Shown here: one piece after another, positions 20,801 to 28,739 of the stretch
Position numbering within the stretch: position 1 is the first letter of the stretch
Layout: the number at the start of each line of letters is the position of its first letter
DNA from: a virus
Lineage: Duplodnaviria > Heunggongvirae > Uroviricota > Caudoviricetes
DNA length: 64,000 bases
IMG/VR virus record: IMGVR_UViG_2862035965_000001
Reading direction: 5' to 3' (one strand)
Position numbers and translations under genes: made by a program
Notes under the pieces: generated by a model
Database searches by the model: none
Seen by the model: only the letters and a program-made list of their open reading frames with translations
Told to the model about the DNA's origin: nothing

Positions 20801-21699
20801 TGGAATTCGATAATGTCATCGTGCTTCAAAAACCAAGCTCCGATGCAGAGATGACCGAAGAAGGTAAGCGCGCCACCTATGTGGCTCTAACCCGTGCAAA
20901 AAAGCGTGAACTCATTATTGCTGGTTCTACTCGCGCATTCCCACGCATCGTCACCGACTATGAGCAGATCGTTGATCTTCTCGAAGAGCGCGACGCCGAA
21001 CGCAAGATCAAGGAAGAAGAAGCTGCAGCGCTTGCCCTCCTTGAGGCTGAACAGGAAGCGCGTGCTCTTGCTGTTGCTGAATCTCAGGCTCAAGCACTGT
21101 TGCTCGACAACAATCCCTGGTTGCGTGGTCTCAGCGATGAGGAAGTCACCGCACTGGTCGATCAAGAAATCGTCAACAATGCTGAAGCTGCGCTACAGAT
21201 CGAAGAAGAGGAGGAAGCTCGCGAACTCGAAGCCGCAGAACCAGCAATTCAGCAGTACTTGTCGCAATTCGCTTTCGATTCGTTCTCGGAAGAGGATGCT
21301 GCTCTGCCGGCTCAGTCACCTGTACCAGCTGCAGCCACCGACTCAGTGGCACCGCAGCCTGTACTCCACCCAGCTATCCCGACCCATGTGAATGTTCAGA
21401 CAAGCACTGCTCCGGTAGCACCAACTGTTACCGAGCTTGAGGCACCTATCAATGAGGGGCCAGTAACTCAGCCGACTTCTCTTCCAGAGATCACTGAGCC
21501 AGCTGTAGCGGTTGAGCCAACCATGCCAGTTGATGTTGCACCACAACCTCAGCTAGGTGACAACCTTGTCTACAGCACCTCTACCCCCAATTGTCACAGT
21601 GACGTTTCTGCAGTGAACTCTGATGCGTCAGAAAACGCTGCTGTTAACCCAGTCGTGTCCGATATTGAAGCACTTCGTGCAATTTTTAACAAGCAGTAA
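17854..21699 (+). CDS. UvrD/Rep superfamily I DNA helicase with long N- and C-terminal extensions
   Basis: Q motif STQQREAI, AGAGTGKS, SFTNAAA, IIDEVQD, VGDSSQTLYEFR, LTTNYRS, STIHSAKGLEFDNV, YVALTRAK. Confidence 0.92.
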   Translation: MPIIIDNLNPDDDSAIGAVTEYNPDTDADLLDAINADAELDGDTAATTDPAEEEGAGATAEQPKKKKRKAPILKSKGLTAKFFHRDLTGVGGKTGRLNKNVHPTNPDLSYQPVSDVYTPQSTDHKGIKTRYILTHPTPAVVLTESISNALHVSTLRRNNNVNNSDAELAAWPYLYQLDIPQLDQMINVADICGYHFHGYNLWVDFTPQTIALRTGKTVLDDGTTASDNTTHVYYRVTVHVIAGQDHGSTLLDDQGTQVLDKDGNPISIPSIKRIGAVCNLFEDNPLGFASVNSFAHVDFSWDPATTLVDMLNNLDSYLSNHINVASSPTPITLDMAMLNEWSEKSYHLYERVVAQAKLINSNKITNHVSDVIKQNARDILWLTQQLTPTITDINEVPISKKAMLPMSRQLRILEHYDVPLTAYSSLFWTVSAIKNESMVQYLVRQNMQLTLSSNLDALNSIVSQLPVPDENVVAASGYQIQPHFSTQQREAITTDNPLAIIQAGAGTGKSTVILERIEYLCAAGTNPEEIAVLSFTNAAADNITAKNDKVTSMTISKMVHEIYAHNFPDHEISTIDTIINTLDIEYGDQMVTSDYMIQLRDLLYKVMTQGGNANLTALSIFMESHIEAFISVLSQIKQTSLELEIIICYLLLDKLVEPHASPKYLIIDEVQDNSVFEFVFALRFAAKHNTSLYLVGDSSQTLYEFRSANPKALNSLEASGVFGTYRLTTNYRSNQEILDFANIHLSDIEANQFAGIQLYANSFDAPTADSFKEKVELDMHHVSKQSEFTDSIPYFMQSNKDRFDSAILNNEQTIVLAHSGREIRAAQQALAEMYPNITVRNLQSDKGFNNTVFSTFIKDFWFEVTAVDPAHAAFTFTSQVTAHLDKLVRGKREQMEGRVIKAMATWWRENERDIQGWVQQTQSGMITHDEFFYRLRQCILDYEIRNNRARQSMLNARNNANKEAVAQEKPLLMVSTIHSAKGLEFDNVIVLQKPSSDAEMTEEGKRATYVALTRAKKRELIIAGSTRAFPRIVTDYEQIVDLLEERDAERKIKEEEAAALALLEAEQEARALAVAESQAQALLLDNNPWLRGLSDEEVTALVDQEIVNNAEAALQIEEEEEARELEAAEPAIQQYLSQFAFDSFSEEDAALPAQSPVPAAATDSVAPQPVLHPAIPTHVNVQTSTAPVAPTVTELEAPINEGPVTQPTSLPEITEPAVAVEPTMPVDVAPQPQLGDNLVYSTSTPNCHSDVSAVNSDASENAAVNPVVSDIEALRAIFNKQ

Positions 21700-21731
21700 T
21701 AAAACACACGAAGCTGTTTCATGCACCACCC

Positions 21732-21787
21732 CAAGAACCCCGTTGCAGCACCGACATATCTCTATGTTCGCTGTAACGGGGTTCTTG
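21732..21787. terminator. Long hairpin after the helicase gene
   Basis: CAAGAACCCCGTTGCAGC…GCTGTAACGGGGTTCTTG imperfect inverted repeat. Confidence 0.6.
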
Positions 21788-21839
21788 CGCTCGACCTTTA
21801 GTACTCACCTTTTCCTTGATTGGTTTCCACTACACACCC

Positions 21840-22217
21840 ATGACCCCTATTACTACCACCAACACCCCGCTGTATTCAGCACTACTCCATACTCGTATCT
21901 CTGATGCGGAATTGTTGACACCAACAACAACTGTGCACGAAATTCTCGTCTACGGTCCAGCAGATTGCCCAGGGTGTACAGCGACACTTGATTTCTTTGC
22001 TCGCAAAAACATGCCGGCCACAAAAGTCACTGTGGCTGCCGGTGATGTAGCACATACCTACATCACTCAAGACTTAGGCTATCTCCAAGCGCCAGTGGTC
22101 ACTATACGTGTCAGCCCCCCAAAGACTGACCACGACAACGAACACAACACCCAGATCCTGCACTGGGCCGGCGTTAATCGCTACCTCATGCAGGCACTCT
22201 CCCGTACTCATTTCTAG
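21840..22217 (+). CDS. NrdH/glutaredoxin-like redoxin
   Basis: ILVYGPADCPGCTAT (CxxC) and LGYLQAPVV, typical of NrdH. Confidence 0.75.
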   Translation: MTPITTTNTPLYSALLHTRISDAELLTPTTTVHEILVYGPADCPGCTATLDFFARKNMPATKVTVAAGDVAHTYITQDLGYLQAPVVTIRVSPPKTDHDNEHNTQILHWAGVNRYLMQALSRTHF

Positions 22218-22231
22218 AAAGGTTTTCCATC

Positions 22232-22612
22232 ATGTCTGAATCTACTTCTTCCACTAACTCCACCGCCATCCTCAACGACACCTTCAACCCGAAGCCTGGC
22301 GTACCTTATGCACGCGTCGAAGATCACGAGTTTGCCACGCGTGACGAATTCCGCGCTTGGGCTTCCAAGGAAATGGCAGCCGGCAACGTTTTCTCTGCAA
22401 CCATCGCCAACGCTCCACGTGAAGACCGCATCAAGTCTTTTGTCATGGACCTTGTTCGCGACGGTATTGACGATGCTGCTGAAGAAATTGTCTCACGTAT
22501 TGATTGTGGCGACTTCACTATGAAGGAGGCTCTCACCGCGATCACGGCATCAATCAACGACCTCGACGCTGAGGATGTTGTCAGCGACATCGTTAACGAC
22601 CACTTCAGTTAA
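22232..22612 (+). CDS. Hypothetical acidic protein
   Basis: AGAAAGG RBS, followed by a terminator. Confidence 0.7.
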   Translation: MSESTSSTNSTAILNDTFNPKPGVPYARVEDHEFATRDEFRAWASKEMAAGNVFSATIANAPREDRIKSFVMDLVRDGIDDAAEEIVSRIDCGDFTMKEALTAITASINDLDAEDVVSDIVNDHFS

Positions 22613-22633
22613 TCCCTCCCCCCACACCCTCAC

Positions 22634-22675
22634 AAAGAGCGTCGAAGCAATCTACGCTTCGACGCTCTTTTTTTT
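22634..22675 (+). terminator. Intrinsic terminator
   Basis: AAAGAGCGTCGAAGC-AATCTAC-GCTTCGACGCTCTTT followed by TTTTT. Confidence 0.88.
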
Positions 22676-22707
22676 CGCTGCCTATATAAGAAAAGGACGA
22701 CACCACC

Positions 22708-23175
22708 ATGATTGAACATAATCTGTGGTTCAACAACATCACCAACCTTGCCTCTAAAAAAGAAGCAGCTGATAAATCCGGTATTCCAGTTCTCGAACTA
22801 TATGACCAACTTGATGATGGGATTCTCCCCGAAAAGACTGTCATCGCTCTTGCACGTGCTTATGACCTCTCGCCTGTTGAAGCTCTTCTGCACACCGGCT
22901 ACCTCTCTGAAGAAGAGACCTCCAGCATTACAGAGGACACCACCCCAGATTCAGCTGACGACTACCCCACCTGGGCACTCAACTCGCACCTTGACCACAG
23001 CATTCTCGAAGCTTTTGGCGACATCGCTGAAGAAGTAAACAGCGGACGAGTTTCTCGCGACAACGCCATAGAACAGATTAATGCATGGCTTGACGAGCTT
23101 CCAGGCAGCCTATTTAGCAATCTCCGCAGCACTAAAGCAGGCTACCTCGAACTGTTCGAGACCTATCTCGACTAA
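22708..23175 (+). CDS. XRE/phage-repressor-like HTH protein
   Basis: SKKEAADKSGIPVLELYDQL…TVIALARAYDLSPVEALLHTGYL resembles actinophage repressor-type HTH domains. Confidence 0.6.
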   Translation: MIEHNLWFNNITNLASKKEAADKSGIPVLELYDQLDDGILPEKTVIALARAYDLSPVEALLHTGYLSEEETSSITEDTTPDSADDYPTWALNSHLDHSILEAFGDIAEEVNSGRVSRDNAIEQINAWLDELPGSLFSNLRSTKAGYLELFETYLD

Positions 23176-23211
23176 ACCCAACCAGCACAACAGTAAGGAG
23201 AACCCTCACCC

Positions 23212-23469
23212 ATGTCCTTTAAGCACCTCTATGACGAGACACCAGAAATGGTCATGTATTGCTCCGGGCCGCTGTGTGATGCAGAACTAGAGCATGACCG
23301 TGATGGGTGGACATGCCTTGAATGCGGCACCTTTTGGGTTGATGTCGTCAACGGTGAACGTGCCCAAGAGGATACACCCGATGATGAGCTAGAAGGATTA
23401 CCTGTATATGACCTTTACGGCACCCACCTCTACAATCACCATGAACACCCAGAAAGTGCAGAATTATAA
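23212..23469 (+). CDS. Small Zn-ribbon protein
   Basis: CSGPLC…CLECG cysteine pairs; AAGGAG RBS. Confidence 0.6.
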   Translation: MSFKHLYDETPEMVMYCSGPLCDAELEHDRDGWTCLECGTFWVDVVNGERAQEDTPDDELEGLPVYDLYGTHLYNHHEHPESAEL

Positions 23470-24254
23470 TGACCGCACCTAACTCCCACCGTGTACCACG
23501 CCTGGCCTCCACGGTCATTATTGCCCGCGAGTCTGCTGACTCAAGCACTCTAGAATTCTTTATCCAGCAGCGACAATCCACTATGGCTTATGCAGCAAGC
23601 GCTGTTGTCTTCCCCGGTGGTGGTGTTGAATACAGCGATTACCCATATATTTTACCCCACCAAGACGCGCATATGACTCGCGAACAGATCGAACATCATG
23701 CGTACAGACTCCACATCGACCCGGAGACCATGGCGGCGCACATTACTGCTGCACGCCGTGAAGTATGGGAAGAAACAGGCGTCGATCTCGATAATTACGC
23801 CCATGAGCTGATCCCTCTTGATCGCTGGATCACACCGGACATTCCTGCTTTTAGGCGCCGTTACGACACCGCCACCTTCGTGCTCGTCCCCAAAGACAGC
23901 AGTGATACAGAAGACAACGCCCTACAACCCCGACACCAAACAACCGAAGCAACCCACTCTTATTGGGCAACTGCAGCTGACCTACTATCACAGTGGTCGA
24001 ACGCAGAGCTCAACCTGTTGTTGCCGACATGGTGGCACATCAACCAACTGAGTCACTTCCGCACGCTAGACCAGCTCTATAGCTTCGCCCAACATGCTCA
24101 TAATCCACAGCACACCCCGCCAACGGTGTTTTCTAACTGGGTTGTGCCCGCTAATGCGACCACCATGCAGCACTATGGATTCCCTGATCCAGCCATCTAC
24201 TTTGACCATGCCACCATCGCAGGAAAACACCACAAAATCCCCTCAAGAAAGTAG
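23469..24254 (+). CDS. NUDIX hydrolase
   Basis: Split Nudix box FPGGGVE…AARREVWEETG, and WITP…RRYDT. Confidence 0.85.
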   Translation: MTAPNSHRVPRLASTVIIARESADSSTLEFFIQQRQSTMAYAASAVVFPGGGVEYSDYPYILPHQDAHMTREQIEHHAYRLHIDPETMAAHITAARREVWEETGVDLDNYAHELIPLDRWITPDIPAFRRRYDTATFVLVPKDSSDTEDNALQPRHQTTEATHSYWATAADLLSQWSNAELNLLLPTWWHINQLSHFRTLDQLYSFAQHAHNPQHTPPTVFSNWVVPANATTMQHYGFPDPAIYFDHATIAGKHHKIPSRK

Positions 24255-24262
24255 GTCTCACC

Positions 24263-24967
24263 ATGACTTTTGCAGAACTTACCGCACCGCGCACCATCAT
24301 CGCTTTTAATGGCCGTGCCGAATCTGGCAAAGATACCGCAGCACAATATCTCACCAATATGCACAGTTTTCACCGCATTGCCTTTGCCGATGGTATCCGT
24401 GACGCACTCTATGCACTCAACCCACTCGTCTGTGTGGAACAGGCTGTTACCACGGATTCAGCCATCTATGACCGCGTTGCCACAGTCGTAGACAAGCTCG
24501 GATGGGATAGTGCCAAACAACTTCCTGAAATCCGTGCACTCATGCAGCGCATTGGTACCGAGGCCGGTTGGCGTATTCACGGCGAGCATCTCTGGATCAA
24601 CCTTGCCGTCAAAAAGATTAACGAGCTACCAGCTGGAAAGGCAGTTGTCATCACTGACCTGCGGTTCCCCAATGAAATTGAGTGGTTGAACAACCTCAAG
24701 GACAACCCACTGAACACCGTGCAGACCATCAAAGTCATCCGACCAGATCATGAATCGACCTTGACTGCAGGCTCATTCGGTACTGCCTCACATATTTCAG
24801 AGAGCTTTAATCTCGCTACCGATGTTACGCTCCGCAACGACGGCTCCATTGACGATTTACATACACAACTGGCTGATGTTCTGAGCACCTCACCACAACC
24901 GGTGCTCTCTCGTAACACCCCTGTACCAAAACACAACGCACCGGCTCCAACCACTGATGCCGTATAA
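24263..24967 (+). CDS. Phage-type deoxynucleoside monophosphate kinase
   Basis: IAFNGRAESGKDT P-loop, AFADGIR, RALMQRIGTE, VVITDLRFPNE, HISE, as in T4 gp1-like dNMP kinases. Confidence 0.85.
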   Translation: MTFAELTAPRTIIAFNGRAESGKDTAAQYLTNMHSFHRIAFADGIRDALYALNPLVCVEQAVTTDSAIYDRVATVVDKLGWDSAKQLPEIRALMQRIGTEAGWRIHGEHLWINLAVKKINELPAGKAVVITDLRFPNEIEWLNNLKDNPLNTVQTIKVIRPDHESTLTAGSFGTASHISESFNLATDVTLRNDGSIDDLHTQLADVLSTSPQPVLSRNTPVPKHNAPAPTTDAV

Positions 24968-25026
24968 ATAACCCCCGTATCAAGATCGCTGCACTCACGC
25001 AGACCTTGGTACGGGGGTTATTTTTT
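24967..25026. terminator. Bidirectional terminator where the + and - gene arms converge
   Basis: AAATAACCCCCGTATCAAG…CTTGGTACGGGGGTTATTT inverted repeat. Confidence 0.8.
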
Positions 25027-25046
25027 AATTAACTACAGCTCACACT

Positions 25047-25274
25047 TTAACCAAAGCTAAAGCCATCATTCTGCTGCTGCACTTGAGCTTCTTCCTGGAT
25101 AACTGGCTGCTCTTCCTGGTTCATAGCCTGGTAACGCTGACGCATTCGCAGCTGCTGATCAACAGAGTTCAGTACGCCGTTAGCATCCATACCACCCTCG
25201 CCAAGTCGAACCTGAGTCTTGGGTACACCCATAAGCTCTTGGGTGTCGCGGTTAGTGGGATCTGGAGTCGTCAT
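25047..25274 (-). CDS. Small hypothetical protein
   Basis: 75 aa, AGAAGGA RBS, last gene of the - strand operon. Confidence 0.6.
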   Translation of the reverse strand: MTTPDPTNRDTQELMGVPKTQVRLGEGGMDANGVLNSVDQQLRMRQRYQAMNQEEQPVIQEEAQVQQQNDGFSFG

Positions 25275-25302
25275 AATGAATCCTTCTTTCTATCGTTTTA
25301 TA

Positions 25303-27444
25303 TTAGTAGCCGTACTGCGAATCATTGGTTTTTGCTTCAGTCTCACGAACATACGCCTCATAAGGATTCGCAGGTCGATCCTCTGGCAGATTGGATTCAC
25401 GGAAATCATGAACGGTCATATCCAACTGTGCTGCCTGATTAAGCTGTGCCGCTTGTACACGACGGCGAGCTGCCAATTCTCGACCTGATCCACGACTCTC
25501 CTGAGGTCGAACCATAGCATCAGTATACTCGCTCGACGTGTCTTTTTCCATAGTTATGGATTTAACAAAAGCATCCGCATCCTGCCCAAACGTCTGCCCA
25601 TGCTTGCGCACAAACTTATCCAAAATCACTGGGTGATCGCGCTGCATCACCTTCTCAGCCTGATCCATCGCCCACACCTGAACTTCCTTGACCTGCTCAG
25701 TAGTCATCGCAGTCTGGTTGCCATCATCCTGCAGAACCTTAATGGCAGCCTGTGTACGCTGCGCCATAGCAATCTGACGCACCCGAGAAGCACTGCGTCC
25801 GCGTGTATCAAAATCAGGCAACAGTTTCTTCGCAGAGGCAAGACCGCTTTCTGAGACATCAGTAGCCGTCATAAAGCCAGCAACCACATCACGAACACCA
25901 TCGGAACCATGCTGCTCACCAGCCACGCGCATCTCTGTCGCCAAGGTCGCAGCCAGATTGTCCGCGAAATTCTGTACATTACCCATCGGCTCACGAACGC
26001 TGAACCAGCCGGCATTTTTGCTCAAGCCTGCACCATCAGGAAACTGCCATGTCGGTGTCTTAGAGGTCACCATGCCACGTCGTTGTTCACCCAGACGCAC
26101 GGTGCCAAAAGCCGTCTCATTAAACCGGGCAGCATAGCCTGGATCGCGCTCCATACGACGACCCACAATATCGCGGGCAGCGCCATAAATATCCTTCGAC
26201 TTCAGGCCATGCTCTTCGCCCTGTTTGACCACCATGTCAATATCTTCTGCCACCTGTGCAGAGACATCGCTCGCATCCACTATCGCTTGACCATCCGCAT
26301 CTACTTCCCGCATCGCCTCATATGCTTGATCAGATAGCCGCACCACAGTCTGCGCAGCAGAATTCACACTCATGGGGATTCGTTCACGGTTGCTAATAAT
26401 CGCTGTTTTCTGCTGTATAAACGCATCAGAGAGCGACTTCGCTTCCTTCTCCGTCTTATCCCGCGTCAGCTTTGACTTCCAAAAATCTTTGGATACATAT
26501 TTCGACAACTTAGTGTCTTTAGCCTGTTCCAGATCCTTGTTGATCTTGCGCTTCATATCCACATTGACACCGGTCATACGCGGACTCATACACCACATCA
26601 CCGCAGCGGTCGTACATGCCGCCATCACAGTCTGGGTGTTGACACCTTTGCGTAGTGGCCCCATCGCAGCCTGTGCCATCTCTTGTGCAAAGTTATCATG
26701 AGCTGCATTGATCTTCCGCCTACGAGCAGCTGCATCTTTGGCATCCCGTGCTAGGTACGGATTATCACTTTTTGGTGGCTTCGCATACTTCTTTTCCGCT
26801 GCCTTGCGTTCCTTTTTGGCAATATCAATAGGGTCAAGACTCTGCGCATGGACTTCGCGCATATGTAGTTGCCCATCCACACCAGAAAGGTCAGCTTCAT
26901 TATCGACCGCCTCTTGTGCACCACTGAGAGGCACACCAGCATCATCGACTAGTCGATCGCCATCGCTACGATCATCTTGCCCAGCACGCACCCAATGACT
27001 GGTATCAAATTCTTCAACGTCATTGAGATCATCAAAATCAGACGAAGCTGATTCACCAAAAATACTGCGCTGCTCACCGCCATCAACCTCATAGCTCTGT
27101 GTTATCTCAGATGGGTGAAGCTTTCGCCGAGGCAGCACATCACGCAGTGTTTCTGGTTCTGCAGGCTCACCATAAGCAACAGACTGTTGCTCCACACCAA
27201 TAATAGAAGCCAAGTCGCTGCTACTCATGACATTTTTAGTTGGGTCATGCAGCTGCCCCAACGTCTTAGGCCGGGTTAATGACTGGGCCGAAGGTTCCTC
27301 GACACTAACCTCTTCTACCTGTTCACGCACCTGCGCACTTGCTTGTGTAGCAAGACTGATCTCTGCCTCTACGACCGCCTGGGCACGCCGAGCAACCTGC
27401 TCTTCTCGTACCTTATTGTTCTCATTCCCAGCCACTGTTCCCAC
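25303..27444 (-). CDS. Large hypothetical, mostly helical protein
   Basis: 713-aa ORF with AGGAG RBS, in the operon downstream of the RNA polymerase. Confidence 0.75.
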   Translation of the reverse strand: MGTVAGNENNKVREEQVARRAQAVVEAEISLATQASAQVREQVEEVSVEEPSAQSLTRPKTLGQLHDPTKNVMSSSDLASIIGVEQQSVAYGEPAEPETLRDVLPRRKLHPSEITQSYEVDGGEQRSIFGESASSDFDDLNDVEEFDTSHWVRAGQDDRSDGDRLVDDAGVPLSGAQEAVDNEADLSGVDGQLHMREVHAQSLDPIDIAKKERKAAEKKYAKPPKSDNPYLARDAKDAAARRRKINAAHDNFAQEMAQAAMGPLRKGVNTQTVMAACTTAAVMWCMSPRMTGVNVDMKRKINKDLEQAKDTKLSKYVSKDFWKSKLTRDKTEKEAKSLSDAFIQQKTAIISNRERIPMSVNSAAQTVVRLSDQAYEAMREVDADGQAIVDASDVSAQVAEDIDMVVKQGEEHGLKSKDIYGAARDIVGRRMERDPGYAARFNETAFGTVRLGEQRRGMVTSKTPTWQFPDGAGLSKNAGWFSVREPMGNVQNFADNLAATLATEMRVAGEQHGSDGVRDVVAGFMTATDVSESGLASAKKLLPDFDTRGRSASRVRQIAMAQRTQAAIKVLQDDGNQTAMTTEQVKEVQVWAMDQAEKVMQRDHPVILDKFVRKHGQTFGQDADAFVKSITMEKDTSSEYTDAMVRPQESRGSGRELAARRRVQAAQLNQAAQLDMTVHDFRESNLPEDRPANPYEAYVRETEAKTNDSQYGY

Positions 27445-27449
27445 ACTCC

Positions 27450-27725
27450 TTAAAAGTCCATATCGTCAAACTGATTATTCTGAGCTGCTGCGCCTGTGCG
27501 TTCAAAGCGTCGCAACAATTCTGCGGCACCCATCCGTGCTGTTCGCACATGCGCCGGCACAGCAGCAGCTACTTCTTTGTCTGGTAGAGGTGACACAGGC
27601 TGCGCTGCAACCTCCGCCACGGGGTCAGAGACAACTACCTCACGTGCAACAGATCGACTCTGCTGTCGTGGTGTACTTTTCATGCTCTGACCCCGCGTTC
27701 CTTTTCTGCTGAAATCTACTGCCAT
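27450..27725 (-). CDS. Small hypothetical protein
   Basis: 91 aa, tightly packed between neighbours. Confidence 0.55.
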   Translation of the reverse strand: MAVDFSRKGTRGQSMKSTPRQQSRSVAREVVVSDPVAEVAAQPVSPLPDKEVAAAVPAHVRTARMGAAELLRRFERTGAAAQNNQFDDMDF

Positions 27726-27728
27726 TGT

Positions 27729-28739
27729 TTAGAGCTCAAACCCGCCATCCTGTTGTTGTGGTGGTTCCTGTTGGTTGTAACGGCTTGTATCAAATCGACC
27801 CATAAACTGATTGTTTGCACCACCGTTAGTAAATGGGTTTCCTGTACCTGGCTTCGGTGCAACCGGTGTAGGTGGAACAGAATTTTGTGGTACCGGATTA
27901 TGCACAGGTGGAATATTCTGCTGCTGAGGCACAGCCGGTTGTTGCGCCCCCATTGCAGGTCCCTGATGTCCATAATTCCCGATTTTTCCACCCTGGTCGA
28001 ATGGCTGACCAACGCCCCGGAAGTCCGTCTGAGCAGGTGAAACAGGCTGCTGTACTACAGGTGTAGCTGGTACCTCAGGTTGAGCTACAGGCGAGGTGGT
28101 AGGCAGCTGTTCATAATCAAACTGCCCAACTGCAACCCCAGATACCTCTGCTACATCAGCCACCGGTGCCGGCACCGCAGCTCCCGCACCGACCAACGCT
28201 GGTACACGCCGCTCAATACGGAAACCAGAGCGTTGCTGGACCCGCTCAAAGCTCGCCAATGACTGCTGTGCAGAGATCGACTGAATCTCTACATCAGGGA
28301 TACCAAAACGTGCTGCATCCTCCATTGCCTTGATATTGGCTCGCACCACACGAGGAGCAAAGTCATAGGCATCACCGTCGTAGATGTTGACCTGCTGCTT
28401 TGCCATCTCACACAACAAATCAAAGCGATTCTTCTTATCGCCATAGGCAAGCTGATCAAGTGCTAGTGGCTTAATCTCAGTCGGCAGCTCATCGTGGCTG
28501 AGCACACGCATATAGCCCTGCTCATCAGAGAATTCTTCCGCGATCTTCTCCACCTGGTCAACGCCAACAGAAACACCCATGCCCTTGTCATCGGCGTACA
28601 TCTCCATGTACTGCTGTACCCATTCATCCTTGGTGGCCTGAATAGGCTGGTGGTTGTCATCCTTGACCACCTCCCATTCATAGCGACCTTGCTCATTCTC
28701 GCTTCGACGCATCTTGTGACCTTGATAAAGATCACCCAC
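27729..28739 (-). CDS. C-terminal part of the giant RNA polymerase in a shifted frame (or a separately initiated product)
   Basis: Overlaps the last ~277 nt of the 28463-34246 ORF; adding one base at ATGGGCCC/GTG joins the two in frame. Confidence 0.6.
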   Translation of the reverse strand: MGDLYQGHKMRRSENEQGRYEWEVVKDDNHQPIQATKDEWVQQYMEMYADDKGMGVSVGVDQVEKIAEEFSDEQGYMRVLSHDELPTEIKPLALDQLAYGDKKNRFDLLCEMAKQQVNIYDGDAYDFAPRVVRANIKAMEDAARFGIPDVEIQSISAQQSLASFERVQQRSGFRIERRVPALVGAGAAVPAPVADVAEVSGVAVGQFDYEQLPTTSPVAQPEVPATPVVQQPVSPAQTDFRGVGQPFDQGGKIGNYGHQGPAMGAQQPAVPQQQNIPPVHNPVPQNSVPPTPVAPKPGTGNPFTNGGANNQFMGRFDTSRYNQQEPPQQQDGGFEL

